From Octopus sinensis (taxonomy: Eukaryota): DNA of 30,470 nt. The stretch covers positions 1 through 30,470 of the forward strand of contig NW_021832646.1 of assembly GCF_006345805.1 (NCBI RefSeq). The letters are read 5' to 3'. Each line of letters opens with the position of its first letter. The stretch's first letter is position 1. Of this stretch, positions 1 to 11,207 are shown in pieces. The notes under the pieces were generated by a model. That model saw only the letters and a list, made by a program, of their open reading frames with translations. It made no database searches and had not been told where the DNA came from. Position numbers and translations under genes: made by a program.

Positions 1-87
1 TATGTATTATATATATATATATGTTGATGTTATAATGTTAAACTGTCTTATGTCCAAATTTGGCCAAATGCATTTTTTTTTCAATAT

Positions 88-244
88 TTAATTTTGCTTG
101 CAATAAGCCGGTCCTTTTGGGCAAACTATGATATTTCCAGCTGCTTCAAAAGCATAGTAAGTTCCACATTCGACAGTTTTTGCAATGCTATCATACATGA
201 ATAGAGTTATGATTTTATGCCCCCAATAAAGTAGTATTATCAAG
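88..244 (-). CDS. Weak candidate terminal coding exon (unknown protein)
   Basis: Minus-strand acceptor TTCCATTTGTTTTTACGTTTGCAACAGTTTCAG precedes 51 open codons (LIILLYWGHKIITLFMYDSIAKTVECGTYYAFEAAGNIIVCPKGPAYCKQN*). The other two frames stop early. No family recognised. Confidence 0.25.
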
Positions 245-354
245 CTGAAACTGTTGCAAACGTAAAAACAAATGGAATGGTGAAACTTATTTTTTTGTTT
301 TCTGAAAAAGCAACGTTTTGGACTTACAACACTTTGCCTAATAGCAATGATATC

Positions 355-383
355 TATATACATACATACATACATATCTTTAT

Positions 384-428
<45 letters not shown>

Positions 429-571
429 CACATATATATATATATATATATATAATATACATACATATAAATATATATATATGTACATCATACATATAAA
501 TATATATATATATGTATATAATAGATATATATATATATATTCAAGTATGTATGTACTGATACTCATAATAC

Positions 572-616
<45 letters not shown>

Positions 617-1115
617 TACAGGGAATGAAAGATTGAGATACGTATGTGTTTAATTAACGAAGCTAGTTAATTTTTTATTAAGTCAACATGTATGACTTTT
701 TTTTAAATACTTTTGGGAAAATTAGTAATTACAAATCTCATGTTGTCTTGTGGATATTTTTATTTATTTTTTTAGTTACATCCAGCTTCTGTTGATGCCA
801 TGTCCCATATATAAACATGGAAAAGCATATAAATACATTTATCTAATTACATACACACATATGTATTTGTATACAGATATATATGTGTGTGTATATGTAT
901 ATAAATATATATACAAATATTTATATTTATATGTAAGTATATATATATATATCATATTTATATGCAAGTATATATATGCATATATGTGTTTATGTATATA
1001 TGTATATATATATATATACATATGCACACATAAACGCATATATATAACTGTATATGCTTATATAATTTTTGTTAGTATGTATTATGTGTGTATATCTGCA
1101 ACTATATATATATGC
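355..1115. repeat. Compound (TA)n/(TG)n/(TACA)n microsatellites
   Basis: Visible dinucleotide tracts at ~355-615 and ~830-1115. Confidence 0.9.
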
Positions 1116-1299
1116 ATACACTTAGGAATTAAATAAAGTAACTATTTTAAAAAAATTGCCCTGATTCTTCTTTCTCTTCCTCTTCTTCTCCTTCTCTTTT
1201 TTTTTCTTCTTCATCCATTCCACCACTCCTTCCTCTCCAAATCCATTTCTAAGCAAGGAGGAACTTTAAGACAAAAAAAATTTTAAACTTAAAAAATAA

Positions 1300-1364
1300 T
1301 ACATAATAATAATAATAATAATAATAACAACAACAACAACAACAACAATAATAATAATAAATGC

Positions 1365-1395
<31 letters not shown>

Positions 1396-2237
1396 GTAAT
1401 AATAATAATTATGATTATAATAATGAACAAATAATTTTTTTTTTTCTTAAGAAAAATACACGGCCTAAATTACACCATAAAATCCTAACTGAAAATAACA
1501 ACAACAATTACAACAACCATAACAACACTGACAGTGATGGAGATGCTGATGACAATGATGATGGTAATAATAATGCCAACAATAATAATAATAATAATAA
1601 TAATAATTAAAAAATAATGAGAAACTCCAAGTGTTGTTAGTTTGTTTCTCAAACATTATTTAAGATCGATAATTCGGTGACTTAACTGAATCGAGAAAAA
1701 TTATTTTGCTTTATTTATAGATCCTGTTATTTTTTGTATATTTGTTTTTGTTCTTTCTGTTTTTTGTTTTTGTCCCTTTTTTATGTCTTGTTTGTTTATT
1801 TGTTTATTTGTGTGCTTCAAATCAAAGTCAAATTTTTTTTATAATTTTTTAAAAAGCTTTTTTTTTAGCTTGTGTTTGTTTGTTTGTTTGTTCTGGAATA
1901 AAAATGTCTTGTTATTGTTGTTATTGGTTATCGTAGTTGTGGCGGTGGTGGTGGTGGTGGTGGTGCAGTGGTGGGTGGTGGTAGTGGTGATCGAAATGTG
2001 GTGGTGGTACTGTAAGTGTTTTTTTTATATTAAAAATCTAAATATTCTTCAATTATTATTGAATTTATTTAGTTATTTATTATCATTAGTATTCTGTGTA
2101 TACATGGGTATATGTGTGTGTGTATGTGAATATGTGTAAGTGTATATATACATACATACACACACATATATACCTATATATATATATAATATATATATAT
2201 ATGTATATATATATGTATGTATATATATATACGTATG

Positions 2238-2294
<57 letters not shown>

Positions 2295-2350
2295 GTATGT
2301 ATGCATATATATATATATATACATATATACACATATATATATAAGTATAT
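1300..2350. repeat. (AAT)n/(AAC)n, (GGT)n/(GTT)n and (TA)n simple repeats
   Basis: Tracts at ~1300-1425, 1490-1610, 1910-2010 and 2110-2350. Confidence 0.9.
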
Positions 2351-2475
2351 GTGTGTCTAGATGTGTATGTCTGAGTTATTTATTCTTCATGGTGCTTGTC
2401 TTCACACATATTTTGACATAACATTCAACACAGTTCAATGTATATTTGCAGACAAAACACACCCCTTTTTCTCTT

Positions 2476-2480
<5 letters not shown>

Positions 2481-2525
<45 letters not shown>

Positions 2526-3106
2526 CTTCCTTCTTTCCTTCCTTCATTTCTTTCTACTTCATCATCCACCCTTCTTGCAACCTCCCCTCTCGCTCTCTGC
2601 CCGACTTGCTCTTTTTCCTCTCTTTCACTGAATGTCACAGATGAAAGGTTTTCTTTATCATTATTCTTCATCAGTTAAAATTTTTTTTAAATGGTTAATA
2701 GATCATCATGGGATGGTAGAATCAGTAAAAAAACAAAGCTGTCTTTTTTTGGACAGTATTTAATTTTATCCCTAACGCTCTGAGTTCAAAACCCACAATC
2801 TCCAGCTTAATCTTTTTTCACTCTTTCTTTCATTTTTCTTGTTTCAGTCACCAGTCTATTATTTAGCTTCTTCTTCTTCTTCTTCTTCTTCTTCTTCTTC
2901 TTCTTCTTCTTCTTCTTCTGCTTCTTCTTCTGCTTCTTCTTCTGCTTCTGCTTCTGCTTCTTCTTCTGCGTCTGCTTCTTCTTCTTCTTCTTCTTCTTCT
3001 GCTTCTTTCCTTCCCTTCCTCCTCCTCCTCCTCCTCCTCCTTCATCTTTTCCTTCTTCTTCCACCCTTCTCATAACCCTTCTCTCTCACTCTGTCTTTCT
3101 CTCTCG

Positions 3107-3141
<35 letters not shown>
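2481..3141. repeat. Pyrimidine tracts (CT)n, (CTT)n, (CCT)n
   Basis: (CT)n 2481-2521, (CTT/CTG)n 2868-3003, (CCT)n ~3017-3040, (CT)n ~3113-3141. Confidence 0.95.
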
Positions 3142-3145
<4 letters not shown>

Positions 3146-3202
3146 CCACCCCTTCAAGAAATCTCTCAGATGAAAGGCCTGCACTGTCTTTATTCTCAGA
3201 GT

Positions 3203-3316
3203 AAGGCAGTGGGTTAACAGGACCATTAGCACAGCAAACAAAATGCTTAATAGCATTTTTTCCAGGGCTTCACATTCCGAGTTCAAAATAGAGCAAAGAT
3301 CAAATTTGCCTTTCAT
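3203..3316 (+). mobile_element. SINE family B-related head fragment
   Basis: AAGGCAGTGGGTTAACAG..CATTAGCAC..AAAATGCTTAA..GAGTTCAAAA..TTTGCCTTTCAT. Confidence 0.6.
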
Positions 3317-3683
3317 ATATTGAAGTAAATGTATATATAAATAAATATAGATATAAGATACATCAAGTACAGGATATCACCCATCAGTGAAAAATACATA
3401 GACTCATGAGTGATATGTACATGACAAATTACCAAAAACTATATAATAAGAACAGAACATTCAGCAATGAGTGAAAAATACATAGACACATAATGAGAGA
3501 CAAGTACAGGATAAAATGCCAAAAGAAGTCTAACCCCTCCTCAAGCTTTATATATACGCAGGAAAACTTCATAAAACAGTAGCATCCAGAAATTTTCTCT
3601 ATATATATATACACACATAAAGAGAGAGAGGGGGAGAGAGAGAGGTAATGTGCTTCTTTTTGTTTACATCTGGGAATGTCACT

Positions 3684-3794
3684 GACAAGGCTTCATTTAG
3701 TCCAGGGCTATAGTAGAAGACATTGGTCCAAGGTGCCATTCAGTGGAACTGAAAGTAAGAACCACATGGAAGCAAACTTCTTACCACACAGCTA
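3684..3794 (-). mobile_element. SINE family A head fragment
   Basis: GGGCTATAGTAGAAGACA..CCAAGGTGCCA..CAGTGGAACTGAA..GAAGCAAACTTCTTACCACACAGC is the reverse complement of the family-A head. Confidence 0.65.
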
Positions 3795-3821
3795 TACATA
3801 TAGGCACACACACACACACAC

Positions 3822-3866
<45 letters not shown>

Positions 3867-3879
3867 ATGAGAGTTATAG

Positions 3880-4151
3880 CCGATGCCTGTGCTTCCTGAC
3901 TGGCAACCAAGCTGGTGGCACATAGAAAGCACTTGTCAAAGCCAGTGCCCCTCGACTGGCTCCCGTGCCAGTGGCATGTAAAAGGAACCCACTACACTCT
4001 CAGAGTGGTTGGCATTAGGAAGGGCATTGAACTGTAGAAACCTTGCCAGATCAAATTGGAGCCTGGTGCAGCCTACTGGCTTGCCAGTCCTCAGTCAAAT
4101 CGCCCAACCCATGCCAACACGGAAAACAGACGTTAAATGATGATGATGATG
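3880..4151 (+). mobile_element. Repeat family E (RTE-associated SINE or non-autonomous element) ending in (GAT)n
   Basis: GCCAGTGGCATGTAAAA..CCCACTACACTCTCAGAGTGGTTGGCATTAGGAAGGGCAT...ACGTTAAATGATGATGATG is colinear with 24621-24843. The GGTTGGC.TTAGGAAGGGCATCC motif resembles RTE-derived SINE bodies (from memory). Confidence 0.8.
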
Positions 4152-4191
4152 TCTATATAGAATGGATATATGTTGTGTATATGTGTGTGTT

Positions 4192-4224
<33 letters not shown>

Positions 4225-4269
4225 ATGTCTATTCTGAACTTTATCCTCTGTCACATTTCATTCACTAGA

Positions 4270-4388
4270 CATTGGTCATTTGAAGACTATATTAGAAGGG
4301 ACTCACCTAAAGTGCTTTACAGTGGTTTTGAACCTGAAACCATGTGGTTGATAAATCAGCTTCTTAGCCATACTCTCATACATGCATC
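4270..4388 (-). mobile_element. SINE family A head, degenerate
   Basis: GAACCTGAAACCATGTGGTTG..AGCTTCTTAGCCA aligns to the reverse complement of the family-A head. Confidence 0.45.
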
Positions 4389-4449
4389 TGTTGTTTTCAT
4401 ATCAAAAAATTAGCCTTTCCATTATATCAAAGATGATAGATACCAATAT

Positions 4450-4640
4450 TGGTAGAGTGCCAGACACCACTCTGTTATGACTTTTTATATTTCTGAGTTC
4501 ATATCTTCACAATATAAACTCTGTTTACCATTCTTCTGCAGGTGATATAATACAATAGTAGTCACATACTGATGCTGATATAAATTACTATATTGCCCTC
4601 CCAAAATCTGCAGTCTTTTACCAATTATAAAACTCATAAT
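4450..4640 (+). mobile_element. Highly decayed family B-related SINE
   Basis: TTTCTGAGTTCA B-box remnant with weak colinearity to the family-B body and tail. Confidence 0.3.
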
Positions 4641-5854
4641 CACCAACATTATCATCATCAAATCAGTTGTTGGCAGAATTATTGTAATGTCATACAGAAT
4701 TCAAATGATGCCAAAGTTGAAATACATTTTATTCTGTCATTCTTTGCCTAAGCCATTCCAATAAATTTATATCATTAAAAAGGCCATAAAATTTTATTAG
4801 TAGTAAATATAAAGGTTAGAGAAATTAGAAGAAATTGCTAAGCACAAATGAACCATTTATCACTAATGAATTTAGTTTGATCAGTTTCACAGTTGAAATC
4901 TCACTGAGTGGTGTTTATATATTTTGTTATTTCACTTTAAGTATTAAGTACCAGTAATTCTTTTACATCTCCTTTCCTGTTCTAGTATAGGTTAAACGAG
5001 ACACTTGAGGCTGTAATTCATAGCCAAATGCTCATCTTAATTCCAGTTCTTTTAGTCACCTTTTTATGACATGCAGAAATATTGTGTATGTTAAACGAAC
5101 TAAGATACAGAAGCCTCTGATATTGAATACAGAGTTAACCACTTATGGTATGCAAATTAGTAGCTAAAATTCTCTAGAGTTACTAATTTGATATGCATTT
5201 ATATAAACAGATTAGTTGTTTGTCCCTTTGGGATTGACTAAGTGATATAGACACTTCTGGTGAGTTCCAAATAAGAGCAGAAAATCAATTAAGGCTTTTC
5301 CTCATTTTCTTTTTTATATAATCTATTTATGGAGAAATAGGTAATTTTGACATGTATTTATATCTAGAATTTAGGTTTACATACAAATGTGCATGTGTGT
5401 ATGTCTGCATGTATGTGCATATATCTTCTAACAGTGTATAATTGGTAAAGAATATAAACATTGCCAATAAATATAAAAAGTAGTGACACTCCCTCATCAC
5501 TCTCCCCATGTGCAAAATGCTGTGAACTAGTGATTAACCTATTGGGTACCTATAATCAATGACACTATAGCGATCACCATTTGCAGTATAAAACAAACAG
5601 AGCCAGTATTATAATGAAAGCCACAGATGACTGAGCTAGTATGATTACAGACAACAAACTAATGGGATTTTTCAGTTTGTAGCCTTTCACCAATCCTGTA
5701 TGGTAGCTGTAATTAAATAGTTAAGTCTCAAAACGTTCAAGTTTTCCTCGTATAAAAGCACTGTAAACTGTGAGCAGTTCACATTTGTTTAGAATATTGA
5801 TTTATTACACAGGGAAAATGCCACCAACTTTTAGGGATGGTGACAAAGTAATCA

Positions 5855-5925
5855 TTATCATCATCATCCTCATCATCATCATCATCATCTTTTAATGTCT
5901 GTCTTCCATGCCAGCATGGATTGGA
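5855..5925 (-). mobile_element. Repeat family E 3' fragment
   Basis: (CAT)n followed by TTTAATGTCTGTCTTCCATGCCAGCATGGATTGGA, the reverse complement of the family-E 3' end. Confidence 0.5.
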
Positions 5926-6592
5926 AGACAAATTAAAATGAGATAAATTTGTTAATGTGCAGAGTTGCTCTTTAAGCAGTGGGCCTAGGCCCAAGACGGA
6001 AGCCCTACTAACAGCACTATTTTATCACTAAATATCAACGGCTGATTGAAGCTGGGTTATGTGATATACTGAGGTTAATGCGATCCCTTTTTCTCACTTC
6101 TCAGGAAAATAAAATAAATAAATAAATAAATAGGTCTTGTGTAGAATATGAACAAATCAATATTAGATGAATTTGTTAAAATACTGAACTTGTATTGATA
6201 TGCATATCCTTGTATAGATAATACTCTAGTTTTCTTATCTAAATGGGAAAATAATGATTTGTTACATTGGAAAAATTCCACAAACTTTTAGCTAAGAGGT
6301 TTGAGGTGGCCAAATTAAAATGAGAGAAGTGCAAATCCTGTAGGATTTGAACAGTGGTGTAGAAGAAGTTATCCATTTCTCTAGAGAGATAATACTAACT
6401 ACTTCAACTGATGAAAAGAATTCCATTCTACCATTATTTTCAACTGCCTACAAATTTGGGTATTAACGTTAATTTGATATTATTTCCTCCCTTTCTACCC
6501 GCTTTCTCTCATTCTTTCTGTCGATTCTGATTCCTTATAATGTTTGCTCTAGAACCTTCCTTCTTATACAACTCACCTTATCACATATTCAA

Positions 6593-6722
6593 CTGCAAAA
6601 TTCAGCTCAGCTAATGAGTTTGTAAAATTCAGCTCAGTTAATTTTACTGCAAAAACCTAACTCAGATAACCTCTTAGCCAAAATTCACCTCAGCTAATTT
6701 TGGTGCAAAATTCAGTTCCACC
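6593..6722 (+). repeat. Degenerate ~25-30-bp minisatellite, ~5 copies
   Basis: Recurring (GC)AAAATTCAGCTCAG(C/T)TAAT motif. Confidence 0.7.
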
Positions 6723-7029
6723 AATCTGAAAGACTTCCAGCTTTTCTGAAAGTCATCTAAGTTAGGCATACAAATTGTCAGGCACCATTCCCCGATGTTG
6801 CTCAGATGCTTCAGATGGCCCAAAAGAAGTAATTATTATACCCTTACAAAACTGTACTTGCTGATTAAAGCAAGGCAACACAAAACTTGGGAAAGGGAAA
6901 AGAAAACCCTTTGGAATTATTAGCAGTAATTTTATCAAAATCTTTCTCAAATGGTCAAGATTTATGCATAAAAACACCTGCACAAGGATGACACGCAAAT
7001 ACATGAAGCTTTCCATATTTATTATAGAT

Positions 7030-7196
7030 GCAGGATGGCTGTGTGGTAAGTAGCTTGCTTACCCACCACATGGTTCTGGGTTCAGTCCTACTGCGTGGCA
7101 ACTTGGGCAAGTGTCTTCTGCTATAGCCACGGGCTGACCCAAGCCGTAAAGTGGATTGGTAGACAGAAACTGAAAGAAGCCCCCATCATATATATC

Positions 7197-7229
<33 letters not shown>

Positions 7230-7448
7230 ATTTGTGTGTCTCTGTTCGTCGACGTCCCCTCCCCCAACATCACTTGACAACCGATGCTGGTGTGTTTGCG
7301 TCCCCGTAACTTAGCAGTTTGACAAAAGAAACCAATAGAATAAGTACTAGGCTTACGAAGAATAAGTCCTGGGGTCGATTTGCTTGACTCAAGGTGGTGC
7401 TCCAGCATGGCCACAGTCAAATGACTGAAACAAGTAAAAGAGTAAAAG
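7030..7448 (+). mobile_element. SINE family A, full length (tRNA-like head, CORE-like segment, internal TA/TG microsatellite, LINE-derived tail)
   Basis: A-box-like TGGCTGTGTGGT, B-box-like GGTTCAGTCC, CORE-like (C/A)CTTGGGCAAGTGTCTT, tail GGTGGTGCTCCAGCATGGCCACAG...GTAAAAGAGTAAAAG. Colinear with 15759-16196 and other copies in the window. Confidence 0.85.
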
Positions 7449-7715
7449 CAGTAAGTGCTCTGTGCTCCCACTGGGTACTAGCAAATGGTATAACTAATAC
7501 TTGATACACCATTCAGAATATACAGAAGAGATAACTAAATTGGCTTTGACTACTGAAGCTGTTTGAATGTAGAGTAGGAAGAAATAGACATTAGGTCTAT
7601 CAAAACGTTTATGGTATTTGTGTGTTAGTGGAAAATGGTGTCTTATGAAGAATAGAAAATTTCTGATTATATATGCCATACCATCTAAGTTAGGAAGGGG
7701 TAGTAAACCAAAGTA

Positions 7716-7960
7716 GAGGTGCGTGGCTTAGTGGTTAGGGTGTCGGCATCATGATCATAAGATTGTGGTTTCGATTCCTGGACCGGGCGATGTGTTGTGT
7801 TCTTGAGCAAAACACTTCATTTCACGTTGCTCCAGTCCACTCAGCTGGCAAAAATCAGTAACGCTGCGATGGACTGGCATCCCATACAAATGGGGAACAC
7901 ATATGCCATAGAAACCAGGAAACCACGCCCATGAGCCTGGCCAGGCTTTAAAAGGGTGCA
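7716..7960 (+). mobile_element. SINE family C (tRNA-like head, CORE-like segment)
   Basis: A box TGGCTTAGTGG, B box GGTTTCGATTCC, TTGTGTTCTTGAGCAAAACACTT. The 3' ~110 bp is shared with 13289-13600. Confidence 0.8.
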
Positions 7961-8279
7961 TTTATTTTATTTTAATAAACCAAAATCTTTCAGCTTCCTA
8001 ATTCTACTCTGATATGGAGTGGTAGAGGTATATTCTATGTGAACCAGCTTCTCACTAAAACCTTGTCATAGAAGGAGGATGCGCCCTCAAAAATTTCTGT
8101 TCACTTTTTCTATCCTGGATTGTATTTGTAAATGTGTTGTATAAGTTTATACTATAAAACCTTTATCAAATGGTCAAGATTTATGTATAAGAACACCCAT
8201 TTCTCTTTTCTCATTGTGGGTGGATATACATATATATATATTATATATATACACACACATATGTATGTATGTATGTATG

Positions 8280-8322
<43 letters not shown>

Positions 8323-8879
8323 TTATATAAGAGATATTACTGCTGGAATTATATATTTTCGACAGTATAGCTACTTTGTTTATGGATGATTTTAACTTGA
8401 TCAGTAATTTCAGTTGTTTTAACTACTCAACTAAAATCTTATCACTTTAGATTAGTCCTGCAGGGTATGGAAATCTTGTTGAATCCAAATTTATTTTACT
8501 ACTGAGATTTCATTCTCTGACAGATATTTTCCTGGTCTATAAACCATTCTGCTATGTTTAGAGGGAATTTGTGCTATAAGGTCCTTCACTTGATATTGAA
8601 CACATTTCCAATACTTTAGATACTGTCGTTAGAATTTATAATTTACAATCACGAGATTTACAATATCTCTGAACTATTTCTGGAGACCAAGACAATTTGT
8701 GGCATTATTACAAGCTGGCTGCGTTTGTCTCATTCCCAAGGTAATACAAGTAGATAGAAGTGCTTTACTCAAGATTGCAGTGAAATTCTCTTAATATAAT
8801 TATGTGAACCTACAGGTTTATAACATATATCATCTTCCATCATATCCCCCCCTCTCTTAAGTTTTATATATTTCAAAAT

Positions 8880-8920
8880 GATTATTATTATTATTATTAT
8901 CATTATTATTATTATTATTA

Positions 8921-8972
<52 letters not shown>

Positions 8973-8975
8973 CGT
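8880..8975. repeat. (ATT)n microsatellite
   Basis: About 30 ATT/ATC units. Confidence 0.95.
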
Positions 8976-9524
8976 TATGTCTTACTGTATCAAATCTTTC
9001 CAATTATAACTCAAATCATCCAAACAACAATAGGTTCTGAGAATATGGGATTCTTAAAACATGAAGAAGAAAAAAAAATGATTGAAAAACTGAAAATGGT
9101 GTTACCACAATTTGCAGAAAAAAAATTTTGACAGAAGTTATAACAGAAATGTTTGAGTTGTGACTCCCATTTCAAATTACAATATTAAATAGAAAATATT
9201 CTACATTTGTTTTATCATATATTGGCAAGCAATCATTGCATCTTAGCTGTTCTTTTTTCTTTTTCTTTTTTTTTTGTATGGTTCTTCTTTTAGTGCAGGC
9301 TTATTCTTAAAGAAACATTTTTATATCAATTTATTTCTTATATATAAATATATATATGTGTGTGTATGTGTGTTTTTATATATATATGTGTGTGTTTGTG
9401 AATGTGTGTGTGTATGTGTGTGTGTGTGTGTATGTGTGTGTGTGTGTTAAATAAATTTGTGTCGAGAAAATTGTGTCTGAATCAGTAAAACTTTTGTTCA
9501 ATGTTAAGAAAATCTGTTTATGTA

Positions 9525-9783
9525 GGTGCAGGCATGGCTGTGTGTTAAGTAGTTTGCTTCCCAACTACATGGTTTGGGGTTCAGTCCCACTGCATGGCAC
9601 CTTGAGCAAGTGTCTTCTACTATAGCCTTGTATGGCGATTTGATAGGTAGAAACTGAAAGAAGCCTGTTGTATGTGTGCATGTGTGTCTGTGCACACGTA
9701 TGTGTGTGTGTGGTGTGTGTGTGTGTGTGTGTGGTGTGTGTGTGTGTGTGGTGTGTGTGTGTGTGTGTGTGTGGTGTGTGTGT

Positions 9784-9846
<63 letters not shown>

Positions 9847-10204
9847 TCCTCCACACCACTTGGCAACCAGTGTTGATATGTTTATGTTAGGTCACACGTT
9901 CGGATGACCTCTACTCTCAACCTTGCTCTTCTCTGACTGCTACTCTCTGTCAACATCTAGACTTCTCCCTCTATATCTATGTATTGGGCTAGTCTACTTC
10001 ATCATCTGGGGGCGTCGACACAACAGTTTACCTCCCAATGATATAGCTGTTTCACAAAAAAGACTAACTGAATAAGGACCAGCTTTAAAAAAAGAAAATG
10101 GCAAATACTGAGATCGATTTTCTTTTTTTTACTAAAAATCTTTCAAGGCAGTACCCCAGCATGACCACACTCTAATGACTGGAACAAGTAAAAGATAAAA
10201 GATA
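9525..10204 (+). mobile_element. SINE family A variant with an expanded (GT)n(CT)n tract and a ~140-bp foreign insert
   Basis: Head at 9525-9665. Body resumes near 10025 and ends AAGGCAGTACCCCAGCATGACCAC...GTAAAAGATAAAAGATA, matching the family-A tail. Confidence 0.7.
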
Positions 10205-10708
10205 TGCAAAAATTTCTTCCACACATTTTCAGCGGGGGAACATACTGGACAAGTTATATACAACTTTATAAACCATGTTGAACTATTGAACAAGAGCTTT
10301 AACAAGACAAACAAAGCTAATATGATTCTGGAAAGTGTAAATGCATAAGCATTTATCAACTGTTGTATCCATATTTTGATGTCATCATTGTAGGCTTTCT
10401 TGATTCAAGATTTGTCCTACCCATTTCAGTTATTCTACTTCATGTTAATATATATATGTATATGTGTGTATGTATATATATATAATTTCATATTATTACA
10501 TAACTGACTTCACAATTTGGGTATTCATAACAACATCCTGTGTAAGACAGTTTGATATTCTCTGTAAAAGCACAAAAACCAGTTTAAGGATTACATACTT
10601 TGTATTGTCGTTATTGGATTAGCAAAACAATTATGAGAATGGAACCAAGGGATAAGCCCCACTTTCCAGGAATTACCAGGTACATCAGCTAGAATATATA
10701 TATATATA

Positions 10709-10926
10709 TGAGGGAGTGTTCCTGGCTTTGGTTAAAAGAAAATACACGAGGATCAGTTAATTATGATTTTATTCAACATATTCCCCTCTCAGATTAATGC
10801 ACTTGTTGCAGTGGTCCTTCAGCTTTTTGGAAGGACTGGTGCATGCAATAAGAACTCAGTAGTTTGGGCCTCCAACCAGGCCTTTCACAACATTCTTAAA
10901 GCCAAGAACTTGTTAGCACCCCGTCA
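10709..10926 (-). mobile_element. Mariner (Tc1/mariner) MITE, 218 bp, retaining the transposase C-terminus
   Basis: TA on both sides. The right TIR reverse complement TGACGGGGTGCTAACAAGTTCTTGGCTTT matches the left TGAGGGAGTG-------TTCCTGGCTTT (7-nt deletion). The minus strand encodes AWLEAQTTEF (frameshift) KKLKDHCNKCINLRGEYVE*, stop at 10769-10771, a typical mariner transposase C-terminus. Confidence 0.85.
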
Positions 10927-11054
10927 TATATATATATATATATATATATATATTGATAGAAATGGTAAGACAACAAAAGAATGAAAGAGACCTTGATATT
11001 ATGTAAATAGAGGAATTTATCTGTAAATATATGTGACAATTATTCGGTAGCCAT

Positions 11055-11115
11055 GATAAAACTCCGAGTTTCGGATGTCAGGGTGGAAACCCACTCCAGC
11101 GTCTCTTCAGTTATT
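11055..11115 (-). ncRNA. Type I minimal hammerhead-ribozyme-like motif (left arm, core intact)
   Basis: Minus strand reads AATAA-CTGAAGA-GACGCTGG..GGGT-TTCC-ACCC-TGACATC-C-GAAA-CTC-G-GAG-T-T-TTATC. It has the CUGANGA and GAAA core, a palindromic stem III (ACTC/GAGT), a GUU cleavage triplet and a 4-bp stem I. Irregularities: an extra C before GAAA and two mismatches in stem II. Confidence 0.55.
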
Positions 11116-11144
11116 GGGCCATCAAAAACAAAAAAAGAAAGGTC

Positions 11145-11207
11145 CGATAACTGAAGAGATGCCAGCATGGGTTTCTGCCCCAACATCCAAAACTCAGAGT
11201 TTTATCG
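11145..11207 (+). ncRNA. Type I minimal hammerhead-ribozyme-like motif (right arm, GAAA decayed to AAAA)
   Basis: CGATAA-CTGAAGA-GATG...CATC-C-AAAA-CTC-A-GAG-T-T-TTATCG. It has a 6-bp stem I (CGATAA/TTATCG) and a GATG/CATC stem II base. G12 appears lost by CpG decay, so this copy is probably inactive. Confidence 0.5.

Noticed and set aside
1665-1676. 12-nt microexon TAAG|ATCGATAATTCG|GTGACT
   Set aside because: Weak polypyrimidine tract, AAG acceptor and non-consensus +5 donor position; compatible with chance despite local CpG richness.
7716-7790. tRNA genes at SINE heads (also 7030, 12646, 13289, 14159)
   Set aside because: A/B boxes are present but there is no complete cloverleaf or acceptor stem, and each continues into a repeated SINE body.
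8450-8750. Decayed LINE RT fragment on the minus strand (..TVSKVLE.., YRPGK)
   Set aside because: The motif resemblance needs several frameshifts and stops; not distinguishable from chance.
9044-9130. Short ORF MGFLKHEEEKKMIEKLKMVLPQFAEKKF
   Set aside because: Under 30 codons, A-rich, with no splice signals or recognisable family.
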